From positions 1,757-65,756 of the forward strand of contig JAKAVT010000004.1 in NCBI GenBank assembly GCA_021817165.1: a DNA stretch of 64,000 nt, in the 5' to 3' direction. Positions 1 to 8,327 of the stretch are shown in pieces; the first letter of the stretch is position 1; each line of letters opens with the position of its first letter. The notes beneath the pieces were generated by a model. That model saw nothing but the letters and a program-made list of their open reading frames with translations, was not told where the DNA came from and made no database searches. The stretch comes from Nanobdellota archaeon. Its GTDB lineage: Archaea; Nanobdellota; Nanobdellia; Parvarchaeales; Parvarchaeaceae. Made by a program: the position numbers and the translations under genes.

Positions 1-1230
1 ATCCGTGCTGTTTATTCTTTCTACTTGTGCATGACTTACGTTGACAGGCATGTTAAACAGTGTAAATCCTGAAAAAGGAAGGAAAAGCGTAGCATTGGAA
101 GATATGAAGAAATTAATGGACCTGTCTTCAGCTATCCTGCTTAGTATATTGACCCTGTTCTCGTTTGCGACTATATTCTGCTCCATCTGATTTTCTACCG
201 TGTTTAATTGTGAATTTACCCTCGTTTTTATGTCATCAAACCTGTTTTCTATAGTTTGATCGCCACCGGAAAGATTGTAACCACCAAGTCTTAAGCTGGC
301 GTTTATGCTGCTGAGATTTGAAAGCAATGATTTGTTCAAATTGTCGATTATCGAAGACATGTTTGATTTAATCGCAGAAACCTCATTTTGCAGTTCTGCC
401 TTGTGTTCTTTTATACTTGATATTGTGTTGTTTGAAACGTTCGCGCTGAAGTTAAATGTTGAAAGCTTAAAGCCATTGATCATTTTAAGCCTTAAATGCT
501 GAAGTAAAACGGCCTCGTTTGAATTGTCTTTTACCGTTACCGATATCTTAGTAATGTTGCCCACCTGCTGCAGACTTGCGCTGGTTATTGTTATATTAGG
601 CCTTTCTGAGAACAACGATCTGTTAATGTTTGTAGGAACGTGCTCCTCTGAACCTACCGCTCTGTTTGTCAAGCCTGTAGAGGAAAGCGCTAAAAGCGAC
701 GGAACAAGTACGTATTCAGTAGAATTGGAAGTGTAAACCGTTACTACTGCAGGCGTAAAATCTAAAATCAAAGCTGAAGAGCCGTTTATCTTGTTAAACC
801 CTTTCGGCACGGTGACCGTTATGATGGGGCTTGGAACTCTGACTGAATATGTAGTACCGTTTATGGTTATGTTTGCCGAAGCGACTGCAAACTGTATGGA
901 CTTTATTGTGGAACTTAAAGGAAGATCTGCCGAGGCCAAAACCTTAGAACTATTCACCAAAGAAAGCAGGTTTATGCTGCCTGAGGAGTTAATGCTAACG
1001 ATTCCTGTAGAACCGTTTGAATCTGCGTATGTAACCTTGAACGAAAGATAAGATATGAATAGGCTTGTAGTGTTTGCCGGTGTTTCCGCCGGGTCCGTCA
1101 TTGCTATAGGAACCGCAGTAGTGCTTGAGCTAGTAGTCGTTTTCGGGATTATGTTTGGATAATACACAAGAACTATTGCTACCACTAAAACCACGATTAC
1201 GACAGCCATTACTGGAAACGTTTTATTCAT
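1..1230 (-). CDS. Membrane-anchored surface protein (DUF4382-like N-terminal beta domain plus coiled coil); partial, runs off left edge
   Basis: Not in the ORF track. I translated it from ATG at 1230: MNKTFPVMAVVIVVLVVAIVLVYYPNIIPKTTTSSSTTAVPIAMTDP..., open to position 1. N-terminal TM anchor, S/T linker, MTDP motif, many NxS/T sequons, heptad-like segment (IKEHKAELQNEVSAIKSNMSSIIDNLNK). Confidence 0.75.
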   Translation of the reverse strand, partial: MNKTFPVMAVVIVVLVVAIVLVYYPNIIPKTTTSSSTTAVPIAMTDPAETPANTTSLFISYLSFKVTYADSNGSTGIVSINSSGSINLLSLVNSSKVLASADLPLSSTIKSIQFAVASANITINGTTYSVRVPSPIITVTVPKGFNKINGSSALILDFTPAVVTVYTSNSTEYVLVPSLLALSSTGLTNRAVGSEEHVPTNINRSLFSERPNITITSASLQQVGNITKISVTVKDNSNEAVLLQHLRLKMINGFKLSTFNFSANVSNNTISSIKEHKAELQNEVSAIKSNMSSIIDNLNKSLLSNLSSINASLRLGGYNLSGGDQTIENRFDDIKTRVNSQLNTVENQMEQNIVANENRVNILSRIAEDRSINFFISSNATLFLPFSGFTLFNMPVNVSHAQVERINSTD

Positions 1231-1283
1231 ATAACCTTGTCAACATTATCAATATATAAATATTATTGTAAGTACAATTCTGT
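1231..1283. promoter_or_regulatory. Probable bidirectional TATA promoter for two leaderless divergent genes
   Basis: 53-bp gap between divergent ATGs (1230 -, 1284 +) with a central AATATATAAATATT about 25-30 nt from each start. Confidence 0.55.
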
Positions 1284-1751
1284 ATGGATTGTGCATTCTG
1301 CAATGCTGCTGCTTTAAAGGAAGAGAGGTTCTACGAGGATGAAAATTTCATTGCAATATACAACATACGCCCGGTAGTTAAAGGTCACTGCTTAGTAATC
1401 ACAAAAAGACATGTTGAAAGCATGCTTGAATTTAATGAAAATGAAAGGAAGGATTTCATTCCATTTTCAAACAGAGCCATATTCATAGCACTGAAATATG
1501 CAAACGCGAACGACTTTGATTTTCTGCTGCAGAAGGGGGAAAATGCCGGACAGAGCATAAAGCACCTGCATTTTCACATTCTACCGAGAAAAAGAAACGA
1601 CAACCTTGCGGTAAGCAAGAAGGAATTCTTCCAGTCTTTCGCTGAAAAGGAAAACACAATGAAAACGTTGACACAAAGCGAAATGGCTAAGACTGTAAAG
1701 GAGTTAAAGGAGATAGCAGAAAAGCACAAATTACAGATAAATGAACTTTGA
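1284..1751 (+). CDS. HIT family hydrolase
   Basis: N-terminal CAFC, GHCLVI, and histidine triad HLHFHIL. Confidence 0.92.
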   Translation: MDCAFCNAAALKEERFYEDENFIAIYNIRPVVKGHCLVITKRHVESMLEFNENERKDFIPFSNRAIFIALKYANANDFDFLLQKGENAGQSIKHLHFHILPRKRNDNLAVSKKEFFQSFAEKENTMKTLTQSEMAKTVKELKEIAEKHKLQINEL

Positions 1752-1820
1752 TGATTGTGATTCCGCTTAAAGCTGTAAAGTTATAAATAAAAAACACATA
1801 ACCAATAAGATGAGCAAGGC

Positions 1821-2825
1821 ATGATGAAAAATTACGTTATAATCCCTACATACAAGGAAGCTGAAAACCTAAAGGAGCTGCTGCCCCTTCTTACAAGATA
1901 TAATGTCATAATAGTGGATGACAATTCCCTTGACGGGACTGAAAAGATTTGCAGAAAATATGGAAACGTAAAACTTATAGTGAGAAAAGACAAAAGAGGG
2001 CTTGCGTCCGCGGTGATGGATGGTGTTAAGTCGATAAAGGCAAAAGACGCAAATGTGGTGGTAGCAGACGCCGATTTTGAACATGATTACGGCAGGATAA
2101 AGGACGTTTTCAATCTTCTTGACAAAAACGACTTTGTGGAATGCATAAAAAAGGGGAAAAGACTTTGGAACAGGGGTGTTATATCCACTGCAGCGAAGAG
2201 GTTTCTTTACGCGCTTGTACCAGAAAGCATGTGGCTTAAAGACCCCCTGTCAGGTTTCTTCGGCTTCCGCACGAAAAGCGTTAACCTTGATAAAATAAAG
2301 CCAGTAGGCTACAAGATAATGCTTGAGGTGTTCATGAACTTGAAGAAAGGCAGCGCAAAGACGCACTTGGAATACGATTATGGGTACAGAAAGCATGGAA
2401 AATCAAAGCTGAAATTCAAGGTAATAACGGAGTTTATAGGACAGGTGCTTCGCTTGAACAACTATAGGGTTTTGGTGTTTTTAGCCATAGGGGTTTTTGG
2501 CATATTCCTTAATGAATTCTTACTGTATGCCTTTTACTTAAGGTTCCCTCTTTTCTTTTCACTTGTCTATGCCATAGTGATATCTACGCTTGCAAATTTC
2601 CTAATGAACCACTACATAACATTCAGGAATAGGAGTAATTTCATCCCTTCCATCATAAAGTTTTCTGTCGTAACATTCTTTGCCGGGCTCATAAATCTTG
2701 GGGTAGCCTTTTACCTCTCCTATGTAATTATGTATTTGATAGCAAATTTCATTGGGATAGTGCTCTCTTTCATCTTCAAATACCTCCTATCAGAAAATTT
2801 CATATGGAGCATGCCTAAAAAGTGA
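1821..2825 (+). CDS. Dolichol-phosphate glycosyltransferase (DPM1-like GT2) fused to GtrA-like membrane domain
   Basis: IIPTYKE, IVDDNSLDGT, RGLASA, DAD, DPLSGF, GYKIMLE, R..GKSKL, then four C-terminal TM helices. Confidence 0.88.
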   Translation: MMKNYVIIPTYKEAENLKELLPLLTRYNVIIVDDNSLDGTEKICRKYGNVKLIVRKDKRGLASAVMDGVKSIKAKDANVVVADADFEHDYGRIKDVFNLLDKNDFVECIKKGKRLWNRGVISTAAKRFLYALVPESMWLKDPLSGFFGFRTKSVNLDKIKPVGYKIMLEVFMNLKKGSAKTHLEYDYGYRKHGKSKLKFKVITEFIGQVLRLNNYRVLVFLAIGVFGIFLNEFLLYAFYLRFPLFFSLVYAIVISTLANFLMNHYITFRNRSNFIPSIIKFSVVTFFAGLINLGVAFYLSYVIMYLIANFIGIVLSFIFKYLLSENFIWSMPKK

Positions 2826-2836
2826 ATATCCGCAAC

Positions 2837-3058
2837 TTAATTTTCTTGCAGCTTCCAAACGACATAGAACACGAATGAAAGTGCAAACGAGATTATCCCC
2901 AAAAGATCCGCTCTTATTGGAACGTAAGCCGAGAAATCAGTGCTGTATACTACAGAGGGATAAACGAGATTTTCAACCGCAATATAGCCCCACAACAGAG
3001 TAAAGTATATCCATAAAGCCTTTAGTATTACCGTCGATTTTTTGCCTTTGTTTTTCAT
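2837..3058 (-). CDS. Small two-TM membrane protein
   Basis: Two hydrophobic segments; co-oriented 30 bp downstream of the GT-C gene. Confidence 0.65.
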   Translation of the reverse strand: MKNKGKKSTVILKALWIYFTLLWGYIAVENLVYPSVVYSTDFSAYVPIRADLLGIISFALSFVFYVVWKLQEN

Positions 3059-3088
3059 ATCCTTATTATAAACTTTTCATAAATAACT

Positions 3089-4609
3089 TTATCTGAAAAC
3101 ACTGTGAAATGCATTGTTCAACTCAATGCAGCCGTTATAACCCAATGCAGATTCTGGATTTATGCCGAAGAGCCAGTAGCATGCGTTGTTTGGTATTTTT
3201 TCCTCATTAATGACGTAGTACGCCCTTGACTCGTTCAACGAAGGGTAATATGCGCATTTGCTGTACCCATACAAGTAGATGTGTCCCTCGCTTTTCAGAA
3301 GTGGCAACATAGTGTTTATGCTGCCGAAATCAAGTATGGCTCCGCTGTAATTTGCGTACGAGGAAGGCGGCGGAACGGCATTCAAACCAAGATAATCTAG
3401 ATAGACCCATTCATTTGAAGATACCGTGCAGCTGCTTGCATTGTATACGGAAGTGAAAAGCGACACTGCAGACCGTGCATAGGAAATATGTAAGGCGGAT
3501 GAAATGCTGGAGTAAAGCAGCAGGATCGCTATCAAAAAAGACACTGCGAAGAAAACGTAAACAAATTTCATCTGCTTGTCCTTAAAGAACGAAAAAGCCA
3601 GTATGTACGTAAAAATAGACAATGGTAGCATGAACCTAAATATTGACAGCCCGGTTATAGCAAGCATGTTCGCTACGGAAAAATACGCCAAAAACGAAAG
3701 GAGGCATGCTGCGGTTATGATTGAATATTCCATCTTGTGTTTTCTTATTCTTTCGATGAAGTGTTTTCTGTCATAAACAAAAAAGAAAACCAACAAAGCG
3801 CCTGGTAACAATATCTCTACAAAGCCTATCAAGGGAATGTTCATTATGTGGCCGATTGAAAGCCCCAGGCTAACATATGCGGAAAATATGTGAAAGTACA
3901 GATAGGATAGGCCCAGTGAATAAAGGAAATTGCCGTATGCGAGAAAATTATAGATGAAATAAGGTATCAATGCCAGCACTGCAAATACTAAGGACACAAT
4001 GAGCTTTAAAACGCTCCTAACGTTCCTGTTCCATAAAAAGAAGAGCAGCAATGGCGAGAAAAGCAGCGCATACGACTTTGAGACAAAAGCCAGTGACAGG
4101 AAAATGCCTGCCAATATCGGTTTGTCTTTCAATATTGCCACAATATATATTATAAGAAATGACACTACCAACAAATCAGAGCCGTTCTTTATGCCATAGA
4201 AAAAAACGAACGGGGAAAGCAAAAACAGAAACAAAAAAGGAAAATCAAGTTTCAACGTCTTTGAAAGGCAGTATACTGAAATGAAGAAGACTGCAGAAAC
4301 AAAGAATATGAACATATAGACTGCGTACGGCTGCGATATGAATGAGAACATGCCTATTACAAAGCTTTCTAGTATTGCTCTCATGGGCTCATAATAATAG
4401 CCGTTGAAGAACATGTGCCTTGCATTCAATATCCTTACCAGCATGTCCCAGTTCTTTATGTAATTAAAAACCAAGGCTGAGAAGATGAAAAGCGACAGAA
4501 AGGAAAGAACCTCTATTATAATGTATTTTCTTGAAAGAAACGTTTTAGCCAATTTATGGCTAATTGCATTTGATTTCTCTTTATTCTTCATAACAAATCG
4601 TTTAACCAC
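3089..4609 (-). CDS. GT-C fold polytopic membrane glycosyltransferase (lipid-linked sugar donor, GT39/GT87-like); start may be 4591
   Basis: About 11-12 TM segments, first-loop WD, YYEPMR, GSD, LAGIFLSLAFVSK, RFMLP, small soluble C-terminal domain. Confidence 0.7.
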   Translation of the reverse strand: MVKRFVMKNKEKSNAISHKLAKTFLSRKYIIIEVLSFLSLFIFSALVFNYIKNWDMLVRILNARHMFFNGYYYEPMRAILESFVIGMFSFISQPYAVYMFIFFVSAVFFISVYCLSKTLKLDFPFLFLFLLSPFVFFYGIKNGSDLLVVSFLIIYIVAILKDKPILAGIFLSLAFVSKSYALLFSPLLLFFLWNRNVRSVLKLIVSLVFAVLALIPYFIYNFLAYGNFLYSLGLSYLYFHIFSAYVSLGLSIGHIMNIPLIGFVEILLPGALLVFFFVYDRKHFIERIRKHKMEYSIITAACLLSFLAYFSVANMLAITGLSIFRFMLPLSIFTYILAFSFFKDKQMKFVYVFFAVSFLIAILLLYSSISSALHISYARSAVSLFTSVYNASSCTVSSNEWVYLDYLGLNAVPPPSSYANYSGAILDFGSINTMLPLLKSEGHIYLYGYSKCAYYPSLNESRAYYVINEEKIPNNACYWLFGINPESALGYNGCIELNNAFHSVFR

Positions 4610-5273
4610 TGAAGTTCAGGCACTTTCCATACTTGCATATCAAGCTTTCTATCTGCGAAGTGTTAACAAAGCCATCCTGAACGTATTTATCGTTGATTAT
4701 CAATGCCGGCAATAAAGCACTGCTTATATTGTAAGATTTCAATAGTATGCTCACAATGGAAAGGTTTAGGTTGCCGTTGATTGCGCTTACGACCAGAGAA
4801 TCGTTCTTATACGCCAGAAAGGAAAGCTCATCTCCTTCCACTATGCTTTGAGTCCCTCCCACTCCAGGATAGACGAACATAATGGTTACAAGGTCATTGC
4901 CGCACATCGAATTTATCTTGTTTGCAAGAAGCCAGTATTCTACCCTTACATAGGTGTACTGATCATTAAGCTGCTGATAATTCACTTCGGAATTTGCCAA
5001 GCTGGAACTCGTAAGCTGTTTGCCAAGATTCTGCATCTCATTCGCTATGTTGTAAAGGTTTTGAGTGAGTATGCCACAGGAAAAACTGCTGTTTGTAGTT
5101 GTTAAAAGCGTGGCGAGCTCCAATTCATTCACGCTCTGCTCATAGTTCTGCAGGTTATTGCTCAAATATGATATTTTACTTGAGTCGTAAAAGTAGCCTA
5201 TTATAAGTACAACCGCCACTATCGCAAGCGCTATGGCTATTGACAAAGTCAATCGCTTATATTTGGAAGCCAT
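4602..5273 (-). CDS. Membrane-anchored coiled-coil protein with thioredoxin-like C-terminal domain
   Basis: N-terminal TM, helical segment with two Cys, C-terminal pattern IMFVY...LPALIIND...GFVNTSQI. Overlaps both neighbours. Confidence 0.55.
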   Translation of the reverse strand: MASKYKRLTLSIAIALAIVAVVLIIGYFYDSSKISYLSNNLQNYEQSVNELELATLLTTTNSSFSCGILTQNLYNIANEMQNLGKQLTSSSLANSEVNYQQLNDQYTYVRVEYWLLANKINSMCGNDLVTIMFVYPGVGGTQSIVEGDELSFLAYKNDSLVVSAINGNLNLSIVSILLKSYNISSALLPALIINDKYVQDGFVNTSQIESLICKYGKCLNFSG

Positions 5274-6511
5274 ATCAATTTACCCGTTCTAAACTTTCCT
5301 AATGCAGAGAGACTATATAACCATACGAAAGAGAGAAAAAACGAATAAAAGGTCATGTAGCCCAGTATGCCAAAGAAATCCTCCACTACCTTAAACTTGT
5401 GATCTATGGTCTTTAAAGAGTAAAGCAATGAGAAGATTCCGACTGCAGCGCCAGCGATTTCCAGAAAGATCCTTGAATCCAGCGATAAGAAAGATATCTG
5501 CGGAAGAAAATAACTTGTAAAAAATGAAAGGCTGGTGTTTGAAAGTACGCCGTAAGCGGGAAGCAAAAAGACAACTACGGTGTACGTTATGCCTATTATC
5601 ATGAAAAAGCTAAGAAATATGGAAACAAGCATGAAAGGCAGGGCTATTTTCCAAACGTCGTTTCTCTTTGAATCCAACGCCGTCTTTCTGTATTTCAGAA
5701 TATTAAAGAAGAAACCGGATGACCACCTTACCCTCTGCCTCAAAAGCTTTCCCAATGTTGGGGGTGCAATCGTATAAGATACGGCTTTGACCGAGCTTTC
5801 GACTTTATATCCGCTGGTCAATATCCTCATCCCTATCTCCATGTCCTCGGAATAGTTATTGTCGTCAAAGTAACCTATCTTTTTAAGTATCTGCGTGTCA
5901 AACATAGAACCTGCTCCGTGTATTATCACCAAGCCGCCGATCTTGCTCAAAGCCTTCCTTGCAAGTATGGACAAAAGATATTCATAGTACTGTAGGTACT
6001 CCACTATTCTTCTGGGTTTGTAAACCTTAACCGAGGAAACGACTGCAGCCACTTTCTTGTTTTTGAAGTGATATACCAGCCTTGTCATCAAATCCCTTTC
6101 TATAAAGGTATCTGCATCAAGAACAAGAAGAAACCTTTCGCTTATGTAGTTTTTAATCGCATAGTTCATGACCCTCGCCTTGCCGTCAAACGGGGCTTTT
6201 ATGACCCTTACCCCCTTTACAAATGCGGCCTTTACCGTTTCTTCTGTGGATGACTTGTTCAATACTACGTATATTTTGTAATTCGGATAGATTGTATGCT
6301 TGACGTTTTCTATGGTTTCCCTAAGCCTTTTTCCCTCGAATATCGCGGGTATAAGGACGGCTACGCTCGGGTATTCTTTCAACTCTACCTCTCTCTTTTC
6401 CTCCCCCTTGATTTCATGGTTTATGTCAAAGAAATATAGGATCCAGAAAATAGACAGTGACAAGACAACGAACACTATTGACGCCGTAAATAAATCACTT
6501 AAAGATAGCAT
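5249..6511 (-). CDS. Processive GT2 synthase (cellulose synthase/IcaA/PgaC-like)
   Basis: GKARVMN, LDAD, QYYEY, SED, QRVRW motifs; one N-terminal and several C-terminal TMs. Confidence 0.88.
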   Translation of the reverse strand: MLSLSDLFTASIVFVVLSLSIFWILYFFDINHEIKGEEKREVELKEYPSVAVLIPAIFEGKRLRETIENVKHTIYPNYKIYVVLNKSSTEETVKAAFVKGVRVIKAPFDGKARVMNYAIKNYISERFLLVLDADTFIERDLMTRLVYHFKNKKVAAVVSSVKVYKPRRIVEYLQYYEYLLSILARKALSKIGGLVIIHGAGSMFDTQILKKIGYFDDNNYSEDMEIGMRILTSGYKVESSVKAVSYTIAPPTLGKLLRQRVRWSSGFFFNILKYRKTALDSKRNDVWKIALPFMLVSIFLSFFMIIGITYTVVVFLLPAYGVLSNTSLSFFTSYFLPQISFLSLDSRIFLEIAGAAVGIFSLLYSLKTIDHKFKVVEDFFGILGYMTFYSFFLSFVWLYSLSALGKFRTGKLIWLPNISD

Positions 6512-6569
6512 ATTTTATTATTAATTATTCTGCTATTTAATAATGTTTGCATCGCACCGGCTGCCTGGC

Positions 6570-7790
6570 TTAAGCCTCTCCATCCCTGTATACTTTCTCG
6601 ACGCCGAAAAGCTTCATCAAAAGTACAGTAGCGTAGGATCCTTTTTTTAAGTCGAAGCTTATTTCCGTTTTTTCTCCTATTTTAGCAATCTTGAAGTTTT
6701 CCGGAATGAAAAAAGAGGGATGATAAAAAGACTTTAAGCTTGCTTCCGGCATGCTGCTTATGTTGAAAACCGCCAAGTCTTCTATGCCTTCCTGTTTTAA
6801 TAGTTCTTTTATTGCTTTTCCTACTTCATCATCATTCAAACGCATGTCATAGCCTACTGCAGGTATGCTGCTTTCCAATTCATTGACTTTTCTGCCTGAA
6901 AGCAACGCGCTTAACGTCCTATTGAAAATGTAATACTGGTATGCCTGAAGGACAAGCAAGCGTATGTATTTCGGCATCATTCTAATCGCTCCGATATAAT
7001 CGTTTTTATGCTGCAGCAGGTACTGCAGCGAATCCCTTTCAAAATACATGAAACCCGGCAGATGAGAAAGAACCTCCTTTGCTTTTTCAGTGTCTATCTC
7101 CGTTCCTTCTAGATACGGTGAAAAAATGTCTCTTAATTCGGCTCTTTTCTGCTGATTCAACTGCGATTCGGCCCTTTCCTCAAGTACCAAGCCGTAAAAA
7201 GCAGCTTTGAAGTCTCTTTTTATAATGTTCCTTGATACGTCAATGTTTAAGGATGAAGCGCCGAATCTCTGCGGACCATAGAAATTCGGTATCCCTTTTG
7301 ATATTTCCTCCGTTATCCGCTGCATCTCCTGATCCTGTATTTCCAAGTCCTTTACGATTACAGTAAAATGGTTTCCATAAAGGTTTCCTATCTTGCAGGA
7401 TTCATCGCTGTATGCAATGTCTCTGCAGTATAATCTTTCGCTTTCTAGCTTCAATTTTCCCGCATCCAACTTGAATATGCTCATTCTTTGTGAAGTCAAT
7501 GCCCTTTTATCCTTATTTCCGTTGTAAGCGATCCTTTTGAAACTCACGTGAAGCGTTCGTGCTATTAACTTGATGGCTTCTGGCGTAGAAATTCCTCTTT
7601 TTACCAGTGTAAACGCAAGGTAGTCTTTCTTTTCCCCGCTCATTTCCTTCTGTTCTTCCCTTTCTAAGCTTAATACTCTGCCGTCTTCCTCTATTTCCTG
7701 TACCTTGAAGTCCTCTTCCCTTTCAAACAATTTCCCTTTTAGATTATAGCTTTGAAAACCCAATATGCCTATCTGTTCTAATGAAACCAT
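6570..7790 (-). CDS. truD: tRNA pseudouridine(13) synthase TruD
   Basis: EDFKVQE, catalytic GNKDKRALTSQ, GNLYGNHF, PNFYGPQRFG, FDLKKGSYAT. Confidence 0.95.
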   Translation of the reverse strand: MVSLEQIGILGFQSYNLKGKLFEREEDFKVQEIEEDGRVLSLEREEQKEMSGEKKDYLAFTLVKRGISTPEAIKLIARTLHVSFKRIAYNGNKDKRALTSQRMSIFKLDAGKLKLESERLYCRDIAYSDESCKIGNLYGNHFTVIVKDLEIQDQEMQRITEEISKGIPNFYGPQRFGASSLNIDVSRNIIKRDFKAAFYGLVLEERAESQLNQQKRAELRDIFSPYLEGTEIDTEKAKEVLSHLPGFMYFERDSLQYLLQHKNDYIGAIRMMPKYIRLLVLQAYQYYIFNRTLSALLSGRKVNELESSIPAVGYDMRLNDDEVGKAIKELLKQEGIEDLAVFNISSMPEASLKSFYHPSFFIPENFKIAKIGEKTEISFDLKKGSYATVLLMKLFGVEKVYRDGEA

Positions 7791-7797
7791 CTTTTTT

Positions 7798-8211
7798 TCA
7801 ACTCAGTGACACTTTAAAGCACATCCCGGTTGCTATTACCTGATTTGGCTTAAAAACATCACAAAGAAAGCTTACCGTATTAGAGGACTGCGGACCACTA
7901 TATTGACATGACGAGGAATAATAGCAGTAGATGACCGACCCGCAACCTATCTTCGCCTTGCTTGAATTAATAAATGAATAGTTCTGCGTGCATGCCGTTG
8001 AATTGGCTGATATTTCACTGGTCAATTGCTGACCATATGCCGCTGCCTCTGCATTTAGTTTTGCTATGTCTTTTTGCTGTGAAACGTGATTTATAGAAAC
8101 CGCTATAAAATACACCAAAACGGCTATCACTATAAAGAAAGCCATTGCAGCTATAAACTGTTTGTTTATCTTCTTTTTCTCCTTTTCCTCTTTTTTTATT
8201 ATCAATTTCAT
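7798..8211 (-). CDS. Membrane-anchored Cys-containing hypothetical protein
   Basis: Basic N-terminus, single TM, extracellular region with six Cys. Confidence 0.7.
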   Translation of the reverse strand: MKLIIKKEEKEKKKINKQFIAAMAFFIVIAVLVYFIAVSINHVSQQKDIAKLNAEAAAYGQQLTSEISANSTACTQNYSFINSSKAKIGCGSVIYCYYSSSCQYSGPQSSNTVSFLCDVFKPNQVIATGMCFKVSLS

Positions 8212-8255
8212 GGATACCGATACAAGTAATAAGAAAACAAGAATTTATAAAGCTA

Positions 8256-8297
8256 TAAAATAAAAAAACAAAAAAATAGAAGGGAAAACCCCTTCTA
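8256..8297 (-). terminator. Hairpin plus U-tract terminator downstream of the S-layer gene
   Basis: TAGAAGGG/CCCTTCTA 8-bp inverted repeat (8277-8297) followed on the minus strand by TTTTTTTGTTTTTTTATTT. Confidence 0.7.
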
Positions 8298-8327
8298 CTT
8301 ATTTCTTAATGTAAGGTTTTTAGCTGT

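Noticed and set aside
7798..8211. Candidate pilin for the T4P system
   Set aside because: The basic N-terminus and TM lack the G/A-then-hydrophobic class III cleavage motif.
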